The notes beneath the pieces were generated by a model that did not search any database, was not told the origin of the DNA, and saw nothing but the letters and a program-made list of their open reading frames with translations. The translations under genes and the position numbers were made by a program. Source: Candidatus Aerophobota bacterium (lineage in GTDB: Bacteria; Aerophobota; Aerophobia; Aerophobales; Aerophobaceae). Taken from it: a stretch of 42,232 nucleotides of DNA. This document shows, piece after piece, positions 18,408 through 26,960 of the stretch; the stretch's first letter is position 1, and each line of letters starts with the position of its first letter. Location of the stretch: assembly GCA_030672545.1 (NCBI GenBank), contig DAOVGF010000031.1, forward strand, positions 1 through 42,232. Reading direction: 5' to 3'.

Positions 18408-18441
18408 TTGACAGAGGTGGAATTGACGGTATACTGTCAAT
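18408..18441 (+). promoter_or_regulatory. sigma70-type promoter with an overlapping palindromic operator candidate
   Basis: TTGACA (18408-13), 16-bp spacer, TATACT (18430-35); the near-perfect 20-bp palindrome ATTGACGGTATACTGTCAAT (18422-41) spans the -10. Confidence 0.7.
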
Positions 18442-18500
18442 GTTGTTTCAGGAAAATATTGCCGAGCTGATTTCGTGCGCGAATAGATAAAAGAGGAAAT

Positions 18501-19781
18501 ATGACCGCTAATTCTCTTTATCGGGATATTTTAGCCGAAATAAAAGAAATCCCTATTTTGGATGTTCACTCTCACATTTCCACCGATTGCCCCCAAGCCA
18601 AAGACCTCTCCGATATTTTGTTTTACCATTTTGTGAGAAGAGAAGTATATTCTGCCGGCTTAGGGGACGATAATTTCTTAGTCTCTCAGGCCCCTCTCAG
18701 TGAGAGAATGGCTCGTTTCCTTCCCTATCTTGAACATATTGAGCATACTACCACTTTTTGGTGTGTAAGAAAAATTATTAAAGATATTTACGGAATACCG
18801 GAAGGTATAAACCGGCACAACTGGCGAGAAATAGAAAAAAGAATTAAAGAGAGAGGAGATAATAACAGTTGGTCAAAGAAAATAATGGTCAAAGCCGGCA
18901 TTGAACGTTCACTTACTTGCGAGGGCAACTGGGATAAGGAAAATCCGAAAAAACACCCTTTTCTTTCTCCGCTGTTCGAGAACTTGGAAGACTTCAACTT
19001 TGACCCAGAGCGGGGAACATCCGTTTTGAACCTGGTAAAAAATCAGTTTGGTTACCTTCCTTCTGTGGCCGGGGAATTTGAAGATCTCTTGGCTAAATTT
19101 TTCCAAAAAAAGATAGAAAGTGGGATAGGCTACTTTGTCTGTTTTATCAGTACTGCTCTCCAATTGCTGGGAGCGAAAAGGAGAAAAATAGAAGAACTTT
19201 ATCAAGCCAGAATTGCCGGTAAAAAACTTAGCTTTGAAGAAGAAAATATTCTGATAACCTGGCTGCTTCATACCTATTTTGAGATTATCAGAGAACACAG
19301 GTGCCCGATTCAACTTTGTATAGGGGCCTGGTGGGCAAAACCAAAACTAAGATACGGGGAATCTTATGTATTTTCTGATCATCGTTTTGTTTTTGATTTG
19401 ATTCCTCTATTCAAAACTTTTCCCGAGGTCAAAATAAACATTATGTGTGCTGCTCATTCTCTTTCTCAAGAGCTTACCATTATCTCCAGAATGCTTCCCA
19501 ACATTAGTCTTCTTGGTTTTTGGTGGCATACTTTATTTCCTACCTACGTTAAGACCACAATTGCTGAAAGATTGGAGGCTCTTCCAGCTAATAAATGGAT
19601 AGCTGTGGGCACCGACGCCTACTCGGTGGAGTGGGCTTATGCAAAAGTTAGTCTGATTTTGGATTGTTTAGCCAGAGTCCTCTCGGAAAAAATCGAACAG
19701 GGTTACCTTTCCCGGAGGAAGGCTCTTTGGTTGGCCCGAAGAGTTCTCTACGATAACCCAAAGGAAATCTACAAACTTTGA
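18501..19781 (+). CDS. Uronate isomerase-like amidohydrolase-superfamily protein
   Basis: DVHSH (HxH), GFWWH, TDAYSVEW and C-terminal LYDNPKEIY resemble the UxaC/Bh0493 fold. Confidence 0.72.
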   Translation: MTANSLYRDILAEIKEIPILDVHSHISTDCPQAKDLSDILFYHFVRREVYSAGLGDDNFLVSQAPLSERMARFLPYLEHIEHTTTFWCVRKIIKDIYGIPEGINRHNWREIEKRIKERGDNNSWSKKIMVKAGIERSLTCEGNWDKENPKKHPFLSPLFENLEDFNFDPERGTSVLNLVKNQFGYLPSVAGEFEDLLAKFFQKKIESGIGYFVCFISTALQLLGAKRRKIEELYQARIAGKKLSFEEENILITWLLHTYFEIIREHRCPIQLCIGAWWAKPKLRYGESYVFSDHRFVFDLIPLFKTFPEVKINIMCAAHSLSQELTIISRMLPNISLLGFWWHTLFPTYVKTTIAERLEALPANKWIAVGTDAYSVEWAYAKVSLILDCLARVLSEKIEQGYLSRRKALWLARRVLYDNPKEIYKL

Positions 19782-19890
19782 AAATGTCCGAAAGTAAAAT
19801 AATGTCCGGAAGGAGGTGGTGAGTTAGCAACAATAGCTGAGCAGATTTAATTGATGTAAAGAGTGGTTTTATCGAAAAAGGAGGAGTAAA

Positions 19891-20862
19891 ATGATAAGAA
19901 AGAAAGTGATTATGGCTCTGCTACTGACGGCGCTGATTTGTGGTGGAGTTGTTGGCGTCGGCGTGGCTCAGGAAAAGATTATCATCGGGTGTTCCATCAT
20001 TACCTATGAGCATCCCTTTTACATTGATGTGGTCAATGGAATGAAAAGAGTGGTAGAAAGAGCGGACGTAGATTTCTTGCTCAATGACCCTAAATGCAAG
20101 CTTGCTCCTCAAGTACAGGCTCTGGAGACTTATATTGCCCGCGGTGTAGATGCTTTAGTCGTCTACGGAGTTGATCCGGTAGGTGTAGTGCCGGTGGTAG
20201 AAGAAGCGACTGCTCTGGGAATACCGGTTATAACGGCGGATATGAAACTGCAGACTGATAAGGTAGTAACCTTTGTCGGCTCAAACAATCTGGAGATCGG
20301 CACCAAAGTGGGGAAATGGACCAAAGAATATATCGAGAACAACATGGGAGGGAAAGCTAAGATCGGTATAGTAGCCTGGTTGGTATCAGTAGCTCAACAA
20401 CAGAGAGTCCAGGGCTTCAAAGATCAGGTCACTCAGCTACCCGGGGTAGAGATTGTTACTATTCAGAATGTTGAGGAAGCTCTGAGAGACAATGCTATGA
20501 CCGTCACTGAAAATATTATAACCGCTCACCCAGATATCGACTTTATCTACGGTTCAAATCAGACTTGTTGTATGGGAGCAGTATCAGCCGTAGATGCTCT
20601 GGGAGCAGGAATCAAGGTTGTGGGCGTGGATATAGACACTGAAATGGTCAAAGCCATTAAGGACGGAAAGCTCTTTGCCACAGTAGCTCAGCAGCCTTTG
20701 CTCTTAGGTGAGGCAGCTATGCAGGCGGCTATGATAAAGGTCAAAGGTCTGGAATGCTTGGGCTCCGATTTCGTGGCGGAAAACATCATCATTCCCGTAC
20801 TTTTAGTATCCAAGGACAATCTTGAGCAAGCCACAAAAGAACTGGAAATATTGGCTTACTAA
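19891..20862 (+). CDS. Sugar ABC transporter substrate-binding protein (RbsB-like)
   Basis: Signal peptide; HPFY, FVGSNN, VVGVD and ATVAQQP motifs. Confidence 0.92.
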   Translation: MIRKKVIMALLLTALICGGVVGVGVAQEKIIIGCSIITYEHPFYIDVVNGMKRVVERADVDFLLNDPKCKLAPQVQALETYIARGVDALVVYGVDPVGVVPVVEEATALGIPVITADMKLQTDKVVTFVGSNNLEIGTKVGKWTKEYIENNMGGKAKIGIVAWLVSVAQQQRVQGFKDQVTQLPGVEIVTIQNVEEALRDNAMTVTENIITAHPDIDFIYGSNQTCCMGAVSAVDALGAGIKVVGVDIDTEMVKAIKDGKLFATVAQQPLLLGEAAMQAAMIKVKGLECLGSDFVAENIIIPVLLVSKDNLEQATKELEILAY

Positions 20863-20919
20863 AATAAAGCCAATTAAACTCTATTCCTTTGAAAACGGAG
20901 AGAAAGGTAAATAATAATA

Positions 20920-20960
20920 TGCGTAGAGGTTTGGTTGCATTAATACCAAGCCTCTACGCA
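20920..20960. repeat. Intercistronic stem-loop (GTAG-type palindrome)
   Basis: TGCGTAGAGG-T-TTGGT...ACCAA-G-CCTCTACGCA forms a 16-bp stem with one G-U pair and no U tract; it lies between the SBP and ATPase genes. Confidence 0.8.
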
Positions 20961-20982
20961 CTTATTTAGATAGGATACAGTC

Positions 20983-21744
20983 ATGCAAAAGGAACCTTTG
21001 TTGAAAATGAAAGGTATTTGCAAGAAATTCGGATCGGTTCAGGCTCTGAACAATGTGGATTTTGAACTCTACGATAATGAAATCCTCGGCCTGGTTGGAG
21101 ATAACGGGGCCGGGAAAACAACCCTAATTAAAATCGTCTCCGGCGCCTACTCCCCGGATGAGGGAAAAATTTTCTTACGAGGAGAGCAGGTAAACATTTT
21201 GGATCCCAGAAGTGCCAAAACTTTGGGAATAGAAACCGTATATCAAGATCTGGCTTTAGCTGATAAACTCAATATCGCTGAAAATATTTTTCTGGGAAAA
21301 GAGCGCTTAAAGAACTTTTTAGGAACTCCCATAAGAATACTGGATAAGAAACGTATGGAGGCAGAAACGCTTCCTACCTTAAGAAAACTAAAAATAGATA
21401 TTGAATCTCCTCGGGCTAAAGTAGCAACACTTTCCGGGGGACAGCGACAGGCCACAGCTATCGCCAAGAGTATTTTTTGGAAAGCCAGAATAATTATTAT
21501 GGATGAGCCAACGGCTGCTTTGGGAGTTGCGGAGACTATGAAAGTTCGCCAAATAACACTGGATTTAAAGAAAGAGGGGGCTTCCGTTATTTTGATAAGT
21601 CACAATCTGGAGGACATTTTTTCCGTGGTCGATAGGGTTATTATCCTGCGCGGCGGACGTCGAGTGGGAGACCGTTTGGTCAAACAAACTACCAGAGATG
21701 AAATTGTAAAATTAATGATCACCGGGGAGCGCGCTATCCAATGA
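20983..21744 (+). CDS. Sugar ABC transporter ATPase (single nucleotide-binding domain)
   Basis: GDNGAGKT, LSGGQ, IIMDEPT and SH motifs. Confidence 0.95.
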   Translation: MQKEPLLKMKGICKKFGSVQALNNVDFELYDNEILGLVGDNGAGKTTLIKIVSGAYSPDEGKIFLRGEQVNILDPRSAKTLGIETVYQDLALADKLNIAENIFLGKERLKNFLGTPIRILDKKRMEAETLPTLRKLKIDIESPRAKVATLSGGQRQATAIAKSIFWKARIIIMDEPTAALGVAETMKVRQITLDLKKEGASVILISHNLEDIFSVVDRVIILRGGRRVGDRLVKQTTRDEIVKLMITGERAIQ

Positions 21745-22733
21745 GTAAAAATTCCCAAAACACGGCCAAACAAAAGGAAGAAAAAAAAGTAGTTTTCCTA
21801 CTGCGACATACGGTAGAAACTTACGGACTCTTGGCGGGATTTGTGGTACTGTGTGTTTTCTTATCTATTGCCAGCCCCTATTTTTTGACTCTCTCAAATA
21901 TATTCAATGTGGGACGACAAATAGCGGTAACTGCTATTATTGCCTTTGGTATGACCTTTGTCATTACGGCTGCCCAGATTGACCTGAGTGTAGGTTCAGT
22001 GGTGGCTTTGACTGGAGTTATTACAGCTGCCTTGGTGACCCGAGCTGGATTTCCGGTTTGGATCTGGTTGCCTTTGGTTTTACTGACCGGAATCACCATT
22101 GGCTTAATGCATGGATTCTTTGTAGCTAAGCAAAAGATACCCGCATTCTTACTAACTCTGGCTACTATGGGAGTGTTACGCGGTATAGGATTTATCTATA
22201 CCCGAGGTCATCCCATTTATATAGGCTCCCGTGGATTTCGGGCTATCGGGCGAGGATTTATAGGACCTGTTCCCATTCCTATAATCATCATGGTAATTAT
22301 CTGGCTAATTTGCTATTTTATCCTTACCCAATCCAAAATCGGCAAATATATTACCGTAGTAGGTGAGAGTCAAAGGGTAGCCAGATTATCAGGTATCAAC
22401 GTTGATCGAGTCCTCATTTTTGTATTCGTGATAGAGGGAGTACTCACCGCCATTAGTGGTATTATAATGGCCTCTCGTCTGGGAACGGGTTCACCGCAGG
22501 TAGCCCTTGGTCTGGAACTAAATGTCATAGCTGCCGTTATATTGGGGGGTACCAGTTTGTTCGGAGGCGAAGGTCGAATGTTTGGAACCTTATTGGGAGC
22601 TATGGTGATAGGGACTCTGGTTAACGGAATGACTTTACTTAACATCTCGCCCTACGTACAAATGGTTGTCCGAGGACTGGTAATTCTTGGTGCTGTATGG
22701 GTAAACATGGCCCGATACAGAGTTAAGAGGTAG
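21741..22733 (+). CDS. Sugar ABC transporter permease (RbsC-like)
   Basis: IDLSVG and ELNVIAAVILGGTSLFGG; ATGA overlap with the ATPase gene. Confidence 0.95.
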   Translation: MSKNSQNTAKQKEEKKVVFLLRHTVETYGLLAGFVVLCVFLSIASPYFLTLSNIFNVGRQIAVTAIIAFGMTFVITAAQIDLSVGSVVALTGVITAALVTRAGFPVWIWLPLVLLTGITIGLMHGFFVAKQKIPAFLLTLATMGVLRGIGFIYTRGHPIYIGSRGFRAIGRGFIGPVPIPIIIMVIIWLICYFILTQSKIGKYITVVGESQRVARLSGINVDRVLIFVFVIEGVLTAISGIIMASRLGTGSPQVALGLELNVIAAVILGGTSLFGGEGRMFGTLLGAMVIGTLVNGMTLLNISPYVQMVVRGLVILGAVWVNMARYRVKR

Positions 22734-22736
22734 GTC

Positions 22737-23885
22737 TTAAATTCCCGCCAGGCGACAAAGTTCCGGAGCTCGATCAGTTTTTTCCCAGGTAAAGTCTTTA
22801 TCCTCCCGTCCAAAATGTCCATAACAAGCAGTCTTTTTATAAATAGGACGAAGAAGATCCAGGTATTCGATTATCCCTCGGGGAGTGAGATCGAAGTTGT
22901 CCTGGATAAGCTTGTTTATCCGGGACTCGGGGATTTTCCCCGTCCCGAAAGTATCTACCATTAAAGATATAGGTATTTTTTTCCCAATGACATAGGCAAT
23001 TTGAACCTCACATTTGTCAGCGATCCCAGCCGCTACTAAATTTTTGGCAATGTAACGAGCCATATATGAACCAGAACGGTCTACCTTGGTAGGATCCTTT
23101 CCTGAGAAACATCCCCCCCCGTGAGAACCTACTCCTCCGTAAGTATCCATTATTATCTTTCTTCCGGTAAGTCCTGTATCTGCCTGAGGTCCTCCTATTT
23201 TGAAACTACCGGTTTGATTAATGTAGTAACTAAGGTCGGTGCTTCTATATTGCTCGGGAAGACAGGGTTTAATAACCATCTCTATTATCTCGTCTTCGAT
23301 ATCTTCCACTTCGACTTCTGGGGAATGCTGGGCTGAAATCACCACCGTGCTCACCCTTCGGGGAACTCCATTTTCATACTCAACGGTTACTTGAGATTTG
23401 CCATCAGGACGAAGATAAGGGAGAATCTTTTTCTTTCTTACTTCAGCTAATCTTTTGGTCAGACGATGAGCCAGGATGATGGGCAGAGGCATCAACTCAG
23501 GTGTTTCCTTGGTAGCATACCCGAACATCATCCCCTGATCTCCTGCCCCGTCCTTATCTACCCCCAAAGCAATATCGGAAGATTGCTCATTAATGGAAGT
23601 AATTACGGCACAACTTTTATAGTCTATTCCATAACTGGCATGAGTATAACCTATTTGCTTAAGAACCTGACGAGCAATGGAAGGAATGTCTATATAGCAG
23701 GTAGTGGTGATTTCACCAGCCATAAAAGCTAAACCGGTGGTAACCAGCGTCTCGCAGGCCACCCGGCCTTGGGAATCTTGCTTTAAAATAGCGTCAAGGA
23801 CTGCATCAGAAATTTGGTCGGCAATTTTATCCGGATGCCCTTCGGTTACCGATTCAGAAGTAAAGAGGTATTTCTCTCTGTTCAT
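22737..23885 (-). CDS. metK: S-adenosylmethionine synthetase
   Basis: [16 protein letters not shown] and GGGCFSGKD motifs. Confidence 0.98.
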   Translation of the reverse strand: MNREKYLFTSESVTEGHPDKIADQISDAVLDAILKQDSQGRVACETLVTTGLAFMAGEITTTCYIDIPSIARQVLKQIGYTHASYGIDYKSCAVITSINEQSSDIALGVDKDGAGDQGMMFGYATKETPELMPLPIILAHRLTKRLAEVRKKKILPYLRPDGKSQVTVEYENGVPRRVSTVVISAQHSPEVEVEDIEDEIIEMVIKPCLPEQYRSTDLSYYINQTGSFKIGGPQADTGLTGRKIIMDTYGGVGSHGGGCFSGKDPTKVDRSGSYMARYIAKNLVAAGIADKCEVQIAYVIGKKIPISLMVDTFGTGKIPESRINKLIQDNFDLTPRGIIEYLDLLRPIYKKTACYGHFGREDKDFTWEKTDRAPELCRLAGI

Positions 23886-23944
23886 TTTTTTCGCCTTTTC
23901 TTTGACTTCAAAAATCCGTTTAAAATGACTTTACCCAGACTATT

Positions 23945-24400
23945 TCATAATTCCTCTTTCTGAATGATTTTTTCGATTTTTTCTACTGTTTCTGCGTTCA
24001 TAAGATCATCACGAGCTCTTTTCCGCCTCAACAAACGAGATATACTGGCTAAAGCTTTCAAATAATCTCCCGAGGCCTCTGGTGGAGCACCCAGCAAGAA
24101 GAACAAATAGACCGGTTCTTTATCTAAAGCATCGAAATCTATACCTTTTTTGGAGATACCAAAAGCACCGATTAGGGACTTTATTCCTGAGGAACGAGCG
24201 TGAGGAATAGCAATATTATAACCTATTCCAGTACTACCTAACTTTTCACGCTCACGAATTACTCTTAAGAACTCTTTTTTGTCCGTAACCTCACCTGTTT
24301 TTTCTAACAAACTGACCAGTTCTTCCAAGACTTCTTCTTTAGTTCTGGACTCCAGTCTGGATATAATACTCTCTCTACGCAAAAAATTTTTTACTTCCAC
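23945..24400 (-). CDS. ptsN: PTS EIIA (Ntr/fructose type)
   Basis: REKLGSTGIG and IAIPHAR (phospho-His); directly downstream of hpf. Confidence 0.8.
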   Translation of the reverse strand: MEVKNFLRRESIISRLESRTKEEVLEELVSLLEKTGEVTDKKEFLRVIREREKLGSTGIGYNIAIPHARSSGIKSLIGAFGISKKGIDFDALDKEPVYLFFLLGAPPEASGDYLKALASISRLLRRKRARDDLMNAETVEKIEKIIQKEEL

Positions 24401-24453
24401 TCCACCCTCCTTATTTTTGTTTTATCTGAACATCTATAGGAAAAGTTAATACT

Positions 24454-24990
24454 TTATATTTCTGGTTGGATAAGACCAAAGTTACCATTTTCTCTTTTGT
24501 AAATCACATTAATATTATTATTCTCTGCGTTGAGAAAGACATAAAACTTATCTCGGGAAATATTGAGCTGGATAATAGCTTCCTCAACACTCATTGGTTT
24601 AACCAGCTCCTTGGTTATCTGAACTACTCTTGGCTTTTTTTGGTCACTAACAACCTCAGAAAGTTCGGCCAAAATGTTTGACTTCTCACTCTGGCGGGGA
24701 GACTTATGAGATTTAATCTTTTCCTTGAACTTCTTGGCCTGTTTAATTATTTTGTTGACGGCCACTTCAACGGAAGTATAAAGATTAGTATCAACAGCAT
24801 TGCTGTGAAGAATCTGCTTATTGACTGAAGTGTTGATTTCTACCCAATATCTACCTTTTTCCAGTCTAATTATTACGTGCGAAGTGGAAATTTCCTTAAA
24901 ATACCTGTCCAATTTGCCCAATTTTTTTTCCACTAAAGCATTTATCTCCGGGGTAACTTGCATATGGAATACATTAATTTCTACTTTCAA
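24454..24990 (-). CDS. hpf: Ribosome hibernation promoting factor, long form
   Basis: KKLGKLDRYF, and a C-terminal KPMSVEEA...FYVF...YKRENGNFGLI domain. Confidence 0.93.
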   Translation of the reverse strand: MKVEINVFHMQVTPEINALVEKKLGKLDRYFKEISTSHVIIRLEKGRYWVEINTSVNKQILHSNAVDTNLYTSVEVAVNKIIKQAKKFKEKIKSHKSPRQSEKSNILAELSEVVSDQKKPRVVQITKELVKPMSVEEAIIQLNISRDKFYVFLNAENNNINVIYKRENGNFGLIQPEI

Positions 24991-25015
24991 ACACTCACCT
25001 CTTGTCTTGGTTCAA

Positions 25016-25116
25016 GAGAAAAACCCGGCTGGGTTATGGATAGCCAGATTGCAAAAGAAAATATTATTTCTATTTCCTACCTTCTCTGTTTAGCCATTCA
25101 GCCGGGTTAATTTCTC
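25016..25116 (-). other. About 100-nt long imperfect hairpin between csp and hpf
   Basis: AACCCGGCTG (25022-31) pairs with CAGCCGGGTT (25099-108); outer GAGAAA/TTTCTC and inner helices extend the stem. Confidence 0.65.
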
Positions 25117-25130
25117 AACAGCAGGTCAAC

Positions 25131-25337
25131 CTATTTAACCTTAGCTACATTAACAGCTTGAAGACCACGCTGGGTTTTCTCGATGTCGAAAGACACTTTC
25201 TCCCCTTCTTCCAGACTCTTGAATCCTTCCTGAGTTATGTTGGAATAATGGACAAAGACATCTTCGCCATTTTCCCTCTCTATGAACCCGTAACCTTTTC
25301 GGTCATCGAACCACTTGACCGTTCCTTCTTCTGACAT
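25131..25337 (-). CDS. Cold-shock domain protein
   Basis: RNP1 KGYGFI and RNP2 VFVHYS. Confidence 0.97.
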   Translation of the reverse strand: MSEEGTVKWFDDRKGYGFIERENGEDVFVHYSNITQEGFKSLEEGEKVSFDIEKTQRGLQAVNVAKVK

Positions 25338-25389
25338 GCGTTGGCACCTCCCGTACTTAATTACTCCCCAAGAGGAAGACTAAGTAAAG

Positions 25390-25417
25390 ATTATATCATA
25401 GACCAGAAACTTGTCAA
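25390..25417 (-). promoter_or_regulatory. Consensus sigma70-type promoter for csp
   Basis: TTGACA, 16-bp spacer ending in TGA (extended -10), TATAAT. Confidence 0.8.
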
Positions 25418-25443
25418 CAAACTTTTGCAGCTAATCCCATCAT

Positions 25444-26178
25444 TTATGAAGCTCTGGCTAAAGCAAATAAATAAATCTTGTCTACCCCGGCTCTTTTAAG
25501 TACTCCGGCCGCTTGGTTGGCCGTAACCCCGGTAGTATAAACATCATCCACCAATAGAACCTTTCGTTTCTTCAGAAGTGTCTCATTAGATGTTCTGAAA
25601 GCTCTCTTTATATTTTTAATTCGTTCAGATTTTCTCAAATGTGTCTGAGTTTGGGTAGGCCTTACTCTCTTCAAACAGTGGTTAATTAAGGGTAAATGGA
25701 AATAATTTGCTATCACTCGGGCAATTAACTCAGCTTGATTGAATCCTCTTTCTTTCAGTCGCTTTCGATGAAGAGGAACCGGAATAACCAAATCAAAATG
25801 ATAGAGAGAAATGCTATTTTTCCTCAAATATTCTTCAATGATCCTTAGCAGTCCGCTCATAACCCCTGTTTTACCTTTATACTTGAGGAGTTTGATAACT
25901 TCCACCATAACTCCTCGGTAAAGAGTGGGGATAAAAGACCGCTCGAAGTTGGGTGGGTTTTGAAGACATCCACCACATTTCTGAGAAGAAGAATCAAGGG
26001 ATCCAGATAAAGGCCGGGCACACTGCTGACAGTAAGGAGAAGTAATCCACTCAATCTTCGACCAACACTTTTGGCAGACAAAACTCTGATTTAGAGGAGC
26101 CAGCTCCTCTTTGCATATTTGACACTCAGCAGGCAACAAAAAGGCCATTAGCCCTTTCTGGATGTCTTTTACAATCAC
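25444..26178 (-). CDS. comF: ComF family protein (double zinc ribbon + PRTase fold)
   Basis: Four CxxC pairs, RGFNQ and LVDDVYTTG. Confidence 0.92.
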   Translation of the reverse strand: MIVKDIQKGLMAFLLPAECQICKEELAPLNQSFVCQKCWSKIEWITSPYCQQCARPLSGSLDSSSQKCGGCLQNPPNFERSFIPTLYRGVMVEVIKLLKYKGKTGVMSGLLRIIEEYLRKNSISLYHFDLVIPVPLHRKRLKERGFNQAELIARVIANYFHLPLINHCLKRVRPTQTQTHLRKSERIKNIKRAFRTSNETLLKKRKVLLVDDVYTTGVTANQAAGVLKRAGVDKIYLFALARAS

Positions 26179-26198
26179 TTACTTCATTCTCCCTTAAT

Positions 26199-26226
26199 AT
26201 TATAAGTTATACTTCTCTCTTGTCAA
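26199..26226 (-). promoter_or_regulatory. Consensus sigma70-type promoter for comF
   Basis: TTGACA, 16-bp spacer, TATAAT. Confidence 0.75.
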
Positions 26227-26237
26227 ATCAATTACAC

Positions 26238-26266
26238 TTGCCTGTCAAAGATAATTCTGTTAAAAT
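26238..26266 (+). promoter_or_regulatory. sigma70-type promoter for cysE
   Basis: TTGCCT, 17-bp spacer ending in TGT (extended -10), TAAAAT. Confidence 0.6.
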
Positions 26267-26301
26267 CATTCTCAAGAATAGTTTATCGGGAGAACCTAAG
26301 A

Positions 26302-26955
26302 ATGTTTGAGGACCTAGGAGTAATATTTGAAAGGGATCCGGCTGCCAGGAATGTCTGGGAAGTACTTCTTTACCCTGGACTACACGCTATTTTTTGGCAT
26401 CGTATCTCTCACTTTCTTTTCCAACGCAAGTTTAAATTCCTGGCCCGGCTTATTTCCCAGTTTGCCCGGTTTCTTACCGGAATAGAAATACATCCGGGAG
26501 CCAAAATTGGTAAAGGTTTCTTCATTGATCATGGAATGGAGGTAGTAATAGGTGAAACCACGGAAATCGGGAATAATGCAACTCTTTATCAAGGAGTAAC
26601 CCTGGGAGGAACAGGCAAGGAAAAAGGGAAAAGACATCCCACCCTGGGGAATAATGTTACAGTAGCCGCAGGAGCAAAAATCCTGGGAAACATTAAAATA
26701 GGAGATAACTCAGTAATAGGAGCTGGTTCTGTGGTAATCAAGGATGTTCCTCCCGATTCCACAGTTGTTGGAGTCCCGGGTAGAATAGTAAAACATAAGG
26801 GCAGGAGAATTACTCTGATTAACCTAGATCATGGAGATCTACCTGATCCAATCATAGAACGACTTGAAGAATTTCGTAAAGAGATAGATTACATTGAGAA
26901 AATCATTCAGCAAGGGAAAATCAAGAAAATGGGAGGTCCCAAAATCTCTCCTTGA
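26302..26955 (+). CDS. cysE: Serine O-acetyltransferase
   Basis: [24 protein letters not shown] and hexapeptide repeats. Confidence 0.96.
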   Translation: MFEDLGVIFERDPAARNVWEVLLYPGLHAIFWHRISHFLFQRKFKFLARLISQFARFLTGIEIHPGAKIGKGFFIDHGMEVVIGETTEIGNNATLYQGVTLGGTGKEKGKRHPTLGNNVTVAAGAKILGNIKIGDNSVIGAGSVVIKDVPPDSTVVGVPGRIVKHKGRRITLINLDHGDLPDPIIERLEEFRKEIDYIEKIIQQGKIKKMGGPKISP

Positions 26956-26960
26956 CTGAA

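Noticed and set aside
23886-23944. SAM riboswitch before metK
   Set aside because: Only 59 nt and no S-box consensus.
24991-25130. SRP RNA, 6S RNA or raiA motif
   Set aside because: Lacks the SRP CAGG..GGAA..AGCAG core and raiA motif words; too short for 6S.
26267-26301. T-box before cysE (or before cysS)
   Set aside because: The leaders are far too short.
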